Below are positions 25,309 through 30,798 of a DNA stretch of 36,935 nucleotides, piece after piece; the first letter of the stretch is position 1; each line of letters begins with the position of its first letter. The stretch comes from a virus. The notes under the pieces are model-generated. The model did not search any database, was not told the DNA's origin, and saw nothing but the letters and a program-made list of their open reading frames with translations. The position numbers were made by a program, and so were the translations under genes. The stretch spans positions 1 to 36,935 of IMG/VR virus record IMGVR_UViG_3300037479_000063, one strand, 5' to 3'.

Positions 25309-25833
25309 TTACGCCTGCGGCCCACGCGGTCGGGAGCCAAAGCTGAAGGTGGCCCCGGCCTTCGACGTGATCCAATAGAACAGCTTCGTCGCCCCGATCT
25401 GTCCCACCAGGCCGACGATAGCTGTGCCCACCAGAGCGATCTCCTTGAAGGCCGTATCCACATCGGCCGGGTTGACATCGGGCGCGAAACGCCTGAGTGC
25501 GTACAGGCCGGCCGCGCCCAGCAGGTTGATCACTGCCTGGGCATCACCTGCCTGGCCGTCCTGGATGCGCCCGGTACGCTTCAGCACGTCCACGGAAAAC
25601 AGCGCGAAGGCCGCCCACCCGGCATAGGGCAATAGCGCCGAACCCAGGCCGCCGATGAAATCGAGCACCACAGCCAGCGGGTTGGCCGGCTCGGCCTGGA
25701 GCATCGGCGCCGCCAGCGCAACGCCCACGCCCAGAGCCAGGCTGCCCACCAGAGTCAGCACAATCAGCGCCCCGCGCCAGTAGGAGCGCGTTGCACGCGC
25801 GAGGGTATCAGAGATTCGGCTGAAGAGTTTCAT
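25309..25833 (-). CDS. Multi-pass membrane protein, holin-like by position
   Basis: GGAGG lies 6 nt upstream of ATG 25833; 174 aa. About four hydrophobic spans (ALIVLTLVGSLALGVGVALAA, GGLGSALLPYAGWAAFALFSV, AVINLLGAAGLYAL, ALVGTAIVGLVGQIG). First gene of the late operon. Confidence 0.6.
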   Translation of the reverse strand: MKLFSRISDTLARATRSYWRGALIVLTLVGSLALGVGVALAAPMLQAEPANPLAVVLDFIGGLGSALLPYAGWAAFALFSVDVLKRTGRIQDGQAGDAQAVINLLGAAGLYALRRFAPDVNPADVDTAFKEIALVGTAIVGLVGQIGATKLFYWITSKAGATFSFGSRPRGPQA

Positions 25834-25844
25834 GGGGGTCCTCC

Positions 25845-25886
25845 AAATAAAAAGGGCCACCCATCTCCGTAAGAGATGCGTGGCCC
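25845..25886 (-). terminator. Intrinsic terminator immediately upstream of the first late gene
   Basis: Minus strand reads GGGCCAC-G-CATCTC-TTACG-GAGATG-G-GTGGCCC followed by TTTTTATTT, then GGAGG and ATG 25833. Confidence 0.7.
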
Positions 25887-26116
25887 GGGTGGCCGCGGGC
25901 GCTCCAAGCCAAGCTGTGCTTGGCCCGTGAGCGCCCTTGTAGGCGTTGTTGCAGTCAGTCTAGCACGATCACCCGCCCCCTGCAATTGGTGGACGGTTTG
26001 GGACCGTAGGGGTTCCCCTTGTGGGTGCCCGCTCTGGTTGGCGTGCAAAGCGAAGCTTTGCCACAAATAACGGCCCCGCCGGGTGAGGGGGGCACCCGGC
26101 GCAGGCCGTTGAGGGG

Positions 26117-26144
26117 ATTATAATCTGAATGGATTGCGATACAA
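26117..26144 (-). promoter_or_regulatory. Candidate sigma-70-type late promoter (TTGTAT-16 nt-TATAAT)
   Basis: Minus strand reads TTGTATcgcaatccattcagatTATAAT. This is the only perfect TATAAT I noticed in this intergenic region. The -35 overlaps palindrome 26142-26178. Confidence 0.4.
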
Positions 26145-26178
26145 GTGCCCACCCGAGTGTGAGTCGGGTGGGCACTTG
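26142..26178. repeat. Palindrome 1 of the GCCCACCCGA family (15-bp arms, 7-bp spacer), intergenic
   Basis: caagtgcccacccga-gtgtgag-tcgggtgggcacttg. Lies 14 nt downstream of the stop of CDS 26192-26713. Confidence 0.95.
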
Positions 26179-26191
26179 ATTGACGTGACGA

Positions 26192-26713
26192 TCACCCATC
26201 CGCTGTGTAGTCGCAATACTCACCCCCCGCGATCTTCTTCGGACAGAACCACTTCCCACCCTTCCCCATCTTCATCGGCCCGCCGTGATATTTGCAGTGC
26301 GGGGCCTGCCCACCCGAGTTAGGAGTCGGGTGGGCAATCAACGTCACCGGATGCATCCCGGCCTTCACCAGGAACTCGCTCACCTGCTGCTGCATCTGCA
26401 CCGCCCCGCCGGCCGTGTCGGCCTCGAAGGTCAGGTGGCAGGTGAAGCCGTTCTTATCCACGTAATCCACCGCCATCTGCGGGTTGCGCTTCGGAGCATT
26501 TGCAGGATGCTGCCCACCCGACTCTCCACTCGGGTGGGCAGATTGTGGCGCCGCCTTCGGATCCGGGCTGGCGTTCGGGTAGGCTGTTTGCGGTGCCGGC
26601 TGCAGTGCCGGCTTGGCCACAGGCGCGGTTGTGGGGCTGCTCTGACTCGGGTGGGCATTCGGCGAGCCCACTCGGGTGGGCGCGGGTTGGGGTTGTCGCA
26701 ATGGGGCCGTCAT
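26192..26713 (-). CDS. P/A/Q-rich protein with C-terminal zinc-ribbon-like motif; hosts the palindrome array
   Basis: 173 aa from ATG 26713 (ATGA overlap). C-terminus reads HCKYHGGPMKMGKGGKWFCPKKIAGGEYC. The low-complexity N-terminal half is encoded by DNA carrying the 12-mer repeats (AHPS, AHPT, APTRVG). Confidence 0.65.
   Translation of the reverse strand: MTAPLRQPQPAPTRVGSPNAHPSQSSPTTAPVAKPALQPAPQTAYPNASPDPKAAPQSAHPSGESGGQHPANAPKRNPQMAVDYVDKNGFTCHLTFEADTAGGAVQMQQQVSEFLVKAGMHPVTLIAHPTPNSGGQAPHCKYHGGPMKMGKGGKWFCPKKIAGGEYCDYTADG
26307..26336. repeat. Palindrome 2 (11-bp arms, 8-bp spacer), inside the CDS
   Basis: tgcccacccga-gttaggag-tcgggtgggca. Translated on the minus strand as IAHPTPNSGGQ. 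Confidence 0.95.
26510..26541. repeat. Palindrome 3 (12-bp arms, 8-bp spacer), inside the CDS
   Basis: ctgcccacccga-ctctccac-tcgggtgggcag. Translated as SAHPSGESGGQ. Confidence 0.95.
26645..26681. repeat. Two direct copies of the half-site ACTCGGGTGGGC, 25 bp apart, inside the CDS
   Basis: actcgggtgggc at 26645-26656 and 26670-26681. On the coding strand one copy is read as A-H-P-S and the other, in a different frame, as (A)-P-T-R-V. Confidence 0.95.
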
Positions 26714-27111
26714 TCCGCCACCTCCGCCACATGCCGCCAGCGGCCAGACTCTTTGTCGTATTGCAGCCACGCGGCGCATCCCTCCAGCCACACCATCCCC
26801 TGCGGCGCCGTCACCATCAACTCATCGGCCCGCGCCATCGCATTCAGCAGATCGATGCTGTGGGCGTCCGAGACGTGGAAGGTCCAGGTCCAGGTCTCTA
26901 CATCAACTGGCGCTGCCTTGAATTCGATCCCCAGGTTGATCAGCGACGCGGCCAGGAGCTTCACCCGCAGGATGCCTCGGATAGTGTTAACGGCCATCGT
27001 CATCCTCCGGCGGTCGTCAGCTTCTGGGGAGTCGTCGTCTTCGTGACCATTGTCGTCGTCGGCATCCTGCAATGGCTGAAGATCACGATGCTCGGTCAGT
27101 GGGCCTGCCAT
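26710..27111 (-). CDS. Hypothetical protein with acidic N-terminus (133 aa)
   Basis: ATG 27111. N-terminal DADDDNGHEDDDSPEADD, then a globular-looking domain (TWTWTFHVSDAHSIDLLNAMARADELMV). An internal start at MTMAV is possible. Confidence 0.6.
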   Translation of the reverse strand: MAGPLTEHRDLQPLQDADDDNGHEDDDSPEADDRRRMTMAVNTIRGILRVKLLAASLINLGIEFKAAPVDVETWTWTFHVSDAHSIDLLNAMARADELMVTAPQGMVWLEGCAAWLQYDKESGRWRHVAEVAE

Positions 27112-27115
27112 GGTC

Positions 27116-27295
27116 TTATCCCTTTCCCAATTGGTCGATCAGCGCCGTGATTTCTTTTTCAATCTGCCTGCGCTTCGCCGGGTCGCTCTCCGCCAGCAGT
27201 TCACGGCGCTTGGCGTCAATGGATTCGGAGAGTTTTACTACGCGGCGCATGTCGCGCGCCACCCGGCGCAGACCGTCGAGGGGCTTAGTGCTCAT
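27116..27295 (-). CDS. Small helical hypothetical protein (59 aa)
   Basis: ATG 27295 overlaps the upstream stop (ATGA). K/R/E-rich. Confidence 0.5.
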   Translation of the reverse strand: MSTKPLDGLRRVARDMRRVVKLSESIDAKRRELLAESDPAKRRQIEKEITALIDQLGKG

Positions 27296-27399
27296 CGTGG
27301 CCTCCCCGTCTGCCCACGCGATAACGCGGTCAGCCACATGCCCAACATGCCGGCGGCCATCCCGAAAGCAAAGCTGATCAGGTCCGTGAGGGTCAACAT
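27292..27399 (-). CDS. Very small hydrophobic peptide (35 aa), tentative
   Basis: ATG 27399 lies 1 nt after the upstream stop. MLTLTDLISFAFGMAAGMLGMWLTAL is a single TM-like span. Its stop overlaps the next start. Confidence 0.35.
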   Translation of the reverse strand: MLTLTDLISFAFGMAAGMLGMWLTALSRGQTGRPR

Positions 27400-27400
27400 G

Positions 27401-27718
27401 TCACACCCCCAGACCAATCGCCCACATCTCGGGCCGTAGCAGCACCGCGGCTTCATGCGCGTCGGCGATGTCGGCGGGCATGCTCGCCGCATCATGGCCG
27501 CGCACGTCCTGATCACGATAGAAGTCGGAGCTGGCGATAGGGAACGAGACCCCGCGCCGGGTGCGGCGTCCGCCCTGGGCCGCCCGGCTCGCCCGGGCCT
27601 TGGCCGCGTTCTCCTTGCGGTGCGCGCGGCAAAACTTGAACGCGCCCGAGGGCTGGCCGCATTTGCGGCACTTGTTGTGGCGTCCCTTGATCGGGGCAGG
27701 GGAGGAAGTTAAAGACAT
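27401..27718 (-). CDS. Basic zinc-finger protein (105 aa); first gene of the leftward early operon; regulator candidate
   Basis: AAGGA lies 7 nt upstream of ATG 27718. Contains KCRKCGQPSGAFKFCRAH (C-x2-C-x10-C-x2-H) with flanking K/R-rich segments. Confidence 0.65.
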   Translation of the reverse strand: MSLTSSPAPIKGRHNKCRKCGQPSGAFKFCRAHRKENAAKARASRAAQGGRRTRRGVSFPIASSDFYRDQDVRGHDAASMPADIADAHEAAVLLRPEMWAIGLGV

Positions 27719-27760
27719 TCGGCCATCCTTTCCAGCATTGGAAGGGATGGCCGAATGTCT
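27713..27760. promoter_or_regulatory. 48-bp near-perfect palindrome covering the SD and start codon of CDS 27401-27718
   Basis: agacattcggccatcc-tttcca-gcat-tggaag-ggatggccgaatgtct. Outer arms are 16 bp, perfect. Inner arms are 6 bp including one G-T pair. Confidence 0.85.
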
Positions 27761-27774
27761 GAGGTACAATCGTG

Positions 27775-27851
27775 CCACCCCGTCCACTACTCACACTAGT
27801 GGGTGGGTCAGGCCTCGGTGAGTGCTTCTAACACTCTCCGGGGCCGTTTTT
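27775..27851 (+). ncRNA. Candidate small antisense RNA (two hairpins, the second a terminator); 5-prime end unknown
   Basis: Hairpin ccc-gt-ccacta / tagtgg-gt-ggg (27778-27807) is followed by terminator 27811-27851 on the plus strand. No plus-strand CDS ends here. The region is antisense to the leader of the leftward early operon. A weak -10-like TACAAT lies at 27765-27770. Confidence 0.3.
27811..27851 (+). terminator. Plus-strand intrinsic terminator
   Basis: ggcctcgg-t-gagtg-cttctaa-cactc-t-ccggggcc, then g and TTTTT. Stem is 8 + 5 bp with one G-T pair. The U-tract exists only in the plus orientation. Confidence 0.6.
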
Positions 27852-27863
27852 CTATCCGCGTCG

Positions 27864-27893
27864 AGTATATTCCATCAATGGAACGTCTGTCAA
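27864..27893 (-). promoter_or_regulatory. Strong sigma-70-type promoter with embedded operator-like palindrome (leftward early promoter)
   Basis: Minus strand reads TTGACA-gacg-TTCCATtgATGGAA-TATACT, with an 18-nt spacer. The palindrome is at 27870-27883. Confidence 0.6.
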
Positions 27894-27921
27894 GTGGGAA
27901 TTTTCAACCCTCGCCAACTGA

Positions 27922-28497
27922 TCATTGAATCACGATCGGCAGGCTCTCGGTGTAGCCGTCCACGGACACGATTAGCGTGCCGGTGCCGGGCGTGGTGCTG
28001 CGCCCGATCTGCCACGTCCACGCGCATAGGCCTTCGGCATCGGTGGTCTGGTTCTCCAGGCCCTGGGCATCGCTGACGTTGCCGGCCGGCGTGCGATAAG
28101 TGATGAAGCAATTCGCGCCCGGCGTGGTGCGGATCACCAGCCGCGCCTCACCATTGACCGGCACCGGCGAACGTAGCTCCACCACGGTGAATGTCGGCGC
28201 CTGCGTCGGGATCGGCGTGCGCGTCGGTTCGGTGGTCGGGGTGGGCGGCACGCTGGTGCTGGTCGGATCAGAGATGGATGTCGGCGGGCGAGTTGCTATA
28301 TTCAGCGGCGCGGCCGTGTCGGTGGGCAGCGCCAGAGTCGCCAGCCGGGCCGGCGTCGCGGTCGGCGGGCGCGGCGTCGACGGGAACAGCGCCGTCATGC
28401 AGATCACGCTCGCACAGCACAGCGCCAGCAGCGCCGCGCCGCCGGCGAAGATCGCCTGCAGGCGATGGGCCTTGGCCCAAGCGAGGATACGTTGCAT
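27922..28497 (-). CDS. Secreted or lipid-anchored protein with P/T-rich linker and beta-sandwich-like C-terminal domain
   Basis: GGAGG lies 5 nt upstream of ATG 28497. Signal-peptide-like AIFAGGAALLALCCASVIC is followed by a PT-rich linker (PTSTSVPPTPTTEPTRTPIPTQAPT) and an about 90-aa beta-rich domain. Flanked by the two operator-bearing promoters. Confidence 0.7.
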   Translation of the reverse strand: MQRILAWAKAHRLQAIFAGGAALLALCCASVICMTALFPSTPRPPTATPARLATLALPTDTAAPLNIATRPPTSISDPTSTSVPPTPTTEPTRTPIPTQAPTFTVVELRSPVPVNGEARLVIRTTPGANCFITYRTPAGNVSDAQGLENQTTDAEGLCAWTWQIGRSTTPGTGTLIVSVDGYTESLPIVIQ

Positions 28498-28517
28498 GTG
28501 TCCCTCCAAATTCGCTC

Positions 28518-28547
28518 TTGACAATCGTTCCATGAATGGAATATGAT
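28518..28547 (+). promoter_or_regulatory. Strong sigma-70-type promoter with the same operator-like palindrome (rightward, toward the Xis-like gene)
   Basis: TTGACA-atcg-TTCCATgaATGGAA-TATGAT, with an 18-nt spacer. The palindrome is at 28528-28541. Same architecture as 27864-27893. Confidence 0.6.
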
Positions 28548-28601
28548 GCGCGCGTGCCCAGGAAATCAACCCCCATCTACCACGACGACGATGAACTCAG
28601 C

Positions 28602-28781
28602 ATGACCCAGCTCTCCGAATACCTTGGCGTTAGTTTGCGCGCTGCCAATGGCCTGGTGGCTCGGGGCAATTTTCCCGGCGCACGAAAGCTGAACCCGAAC
28701 CAGGTGAAAAGCCCCTGGCTGATCCCGTTCAGAGATGTCAAGGACTATAAAAAGAAGCGCGCCCAGGCCTCATCAGCCTGA
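28602..28781 (+). CDS. Excisionase/MerR-type helix-turn-helix protein (Xis or small regulator)
   Basis: MTQLSEYLGVSLRAANGLVARGNFPGARKL...WLIPFRDVKDY matches the Xis/AlpA-type HTH pattern. ATG 28602 is chosen because ATG 28536 lies inside the predicted promoter. GTG 28554 is an alternative start. Confidence 0.65.
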   Translation: MTQLSEYLGVSLRAANGLVARGNFPGARKLNPNQVKSPWLIPFRDVKDYKKKRAQASSA

Positions 28782-28928
28782 GCGCGCTTACCGCACTATC
28801 CAGCCGTCTCCGGCTGGACCGCGCCTTGAACTTTCCGCCACGATTGTGCAGGCGCCGGTCAGCACTTTACAAACTGAATAGCACGGATTTCGAAGGCAGG
28901 CAAGTTGCCTGACCTACCTGCCTTCTTG

Positions 28929-28953
28929 TGACCCCGGGGGGACTCGAACCCTC
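28929..28953 (-). other. tRNA 3-prime-end-like segment; candidate attP core
   Basis: Minus strand reads GAGGG-TTCGAGT-CCCCC-CGGGGTC-A: T-arm with canonical TTCGAGT loop, 7-nt acceptor strand and discriminator. No intact D or anticodon arm lies upstream. Lies 88 nt from the integrase stop. Confidence 0.5.
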
Positions 28954-29040
28954 AACCAATTGTTTAAGCACCAACTCACTGCTGCGCTGCGACGTGACGC
29001 GGACGGGACCTCGCTAGACGCCTGGACGCCAGCGCGGCAG

Positions 29041-29946
29041 TCACTTCGATCCTCCCATCAGCCTCCGCATTGGGCTGTAGCGCCTGACCTCAGCGCCGGC
29101 AATGTCGCCGATGTACCCTCGGTACACGCCGGCACTCTGCCAGCCACCAGCCTGCATCCCAACGCTCTCGGGCGCGCCGCCCTCGTTCATCGCCCGCGCC
29201 ATCGCCCGCCGCATATCGTGCGGGCTGAACTTCTCCGTCAGCCCTGCCCGCCGGGCCATGTGCCGGAAGATCGAGCGCAGCCCGCCAGGCGTCAGCGGAT
29301 GGCCCGCGTGGCGGTTATGAAACACCGAGCAGAACAGCGTCTCGCACTCCGGCCTCGCCACCTTTTCCCGCACCGCCATCCAGTGACGCAGATAGGCCGA
29401 GGTCTCCTCCACGAAGTAGCGGCGACTCTCCCCGCCGCCCTTCACGTGCGTGACCAGGGTGAGGCGGTCCAGATCAATCTCTGCGATCCTGAGCCGGCAG
29501 ACCTCCGCGTTGCGCAGCCCCGTGTCGTACATCAATGCGATCAACGCCAGGTCGCGCGCCCCGCGCGGCGTGGTCGTATCGCACACTGCCAGAACCTGCA
29601 TGATCTGATCCGCACTCGGGTGCCGCTGCTTGCGCCGCTTCACCTTTGGGAAGGGGAGCGCCGCCGCCGGGCTTTTCCTGCCCATCGCGTACGCGAAGAA
29701 CGAGCGGATTGCCCCCGTCGCCTGCTTGATGGCCATGTCGCCGTTGCCATCGTGCAGCCGGCGCTCGGCCAGGAAGCGCGTCAGATCGCGTAGTTTGTAA
29801 TCCTGCGGCTGTGTCAGGGTGCGGGCCTGCCCCATACCCCAACTCGCCAGACGCCCAAGATGATAGGCATACTGGCCGCACGTGCTCTCTGCCTTCCCGC
29901 TCTGCCTCAGGTAGTTCAACCAATCTCGGATCGTGTCATCCATCAT
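29041..29946 (-). CDS. int: Tyrosine integrase (XerC/D-phage integrase family)
   Basis: GGGGAG lies 6 nt upstream of ATG 29946; 301 aa. N-terminal SAM-like domain (IRDWLNYLRQSGKAESTCGQYAYHL). ARDLALIALMYDTGLRNAEV (Arg), SPHDMRRAMA (His-x-x-Arg), MQAGGWQS, VYRGYIG (Tyr). Confidence 0.9.
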   Translation of the reverse strand: MMDDTIRDWLNYLRQSGKAESTCGQYAYHLGRLASWGMGQARTLTQPQDYKLRDLTRFLAERRLHDGNGDMAIKQATGAIRSFFAYAMGRKSPAAALPFPKVKRRKQRHPSADQIMQVLAVCDTTTPRGARDLALIALMYDTGLRNAEVCRLRIAEIDLDRLTLVTHVKGGGESRRYFVEETSAYLRHWMAVREKVARPECETLFCSVFHNRHAGHPLTPGGLRSIFRHMARRAGLTEKFSPHDMRRAMARAMNEGGAPESVGMQAGGWQSAGVYRGYIGDIAGAEVRRYSPMRRLMGGSK

Positions 29947-30112
29947 CACGCGCTCCCCGCCGCGCAATGCAAAGCGCGGCGCGCCTCCACCGGAAGCAAC
30001 GCCGCGCGGCGTTTGGCACTGTCACAGTGCCGCTTCACCCCCCGGCCCGGTTCGAGCGGGCCGGGGGAAATCTCAACCGACTCTACGACACCCCACCGAA
30101 AGGAGTCAAGCC

Positions 30113-30325
30113 ATGCCCGTTACTCAAACCATCCACGCTGAGACAGTCGATTTTGTCTGTGCGCCCAGCGGAGCCATCACCGCCCAGATCACCACACCCC
30201 AGGGCGAGACGATCAACATCGTGCTGCGCCGGCCAATCCCGGCCGCGCGCTCCTTTTCCGAGGCCATCCACAAACGCCGCCGCCTGACCGCCGCGCCACT
30301 GCGGCAGGCAGGAGGACACGCATGA
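30113..30325 (+). CDS. Small hypothetical protein (70 aa), first gene of the rightward early operon
   Basis: AAAGGAG lies 7 nt upstream of ATG 30113. Its stop overlaps the next start (ATGA). Confidence 0.6.
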   Translation: MPVTQTIHAETVDFVCAPSGAITAQITTPQGETINIVLRRPIPAARSFSEAIHKRRRLTAAPLRQAGGHA

Positions 30326-30618
30326 AGTTATCCGACCTGCTGAGTTCCATGCTATCCAATTGCCGGAACGCTCTGGGCGAGGAACGTGTCGCGCGCCAAC
30401 TCGGCGGCGGCTTGCAGCTCGCGCTGCGCGTGGACCCGGGCGGTCAATACACTCTCAAGCTCATCCGCCTGCGCACGGCGCCCTCCGATCGCGAGTTGGA
30501 GACCGTGCTCAGACACTGGCCCGACGGCTCGCCCGCGTACCGACCCGACTTAAAAGTGCACACCAAGGTCGTCGGCGAATATCACCTGCTCGTCGCCACC
30601 TGGGGAGCGGCAGAATAA
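30322..30618 (+). CDS. Hypothetical protein (98 aa)
   Basis: ATGA coupling. Protein-like composition (MKLSDLLSSMLSNCRNALGEERVARQLG...). Confidence 0.65.
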   Translation: MKLSDLLSSMLSNCRNALGEERVARQLGGGLQLALRVDPGGQYTLKLIRLRTAPSDRELETVLRHWPDGSPAYRPDLKVHTKVVGEYHLLVATWGAAE

Positions 30619-30632
30619 CTGACACTGATCGA

Positions 30633-30797
30633 ATGAACCACAAGCCAAAACACGATCACGATCTGTTCACCCTCACGCCGCAGGGCCGGAGCTTCGCCCT
30701 GTGGTTGATCCGCTGGTTGGTGGTCGTCGTCGTCATTGCCCTGCTGGTGATGTGCGCGGCCGGCATCGCCATTGGGGGGAGGATCCAACTTCACTAA
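30633..30797 (+). CDS. Small membrane protein (54 aa)
   Basis: ATG 30633. TM segment FALWLIRWLVVVVVIALLVMCAAGIAIG. Its stop lies 1 nt before the next ATG. Confidence 0.5.
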   Translation: MNHKPKHDHDLFTLTPQGRSFALWLIRWLVVVVVIALLVMCAAGIAIGGRIQLH

Positions 30798-30798
30798 C

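Noticed and set aside
26119-26124. A plus-strand promoter using the same TATAAT box.
   Set aside because: No acceptable -35 hexamer lies 16-18 nt upstream on the plus strand (the sequence there is cccggc), and no plus-strand gene lies downstream.
28929-28990. An intact tRNA gene on the minus strand.
   Set aside because: Only the T-arm and acceptor 3-prime strand are recognisable. I could not fold an anticodon stem (the best attempts leave 2-3 mismatches) or a D-arm. A tRNA fragment serving as attP is more consistent.
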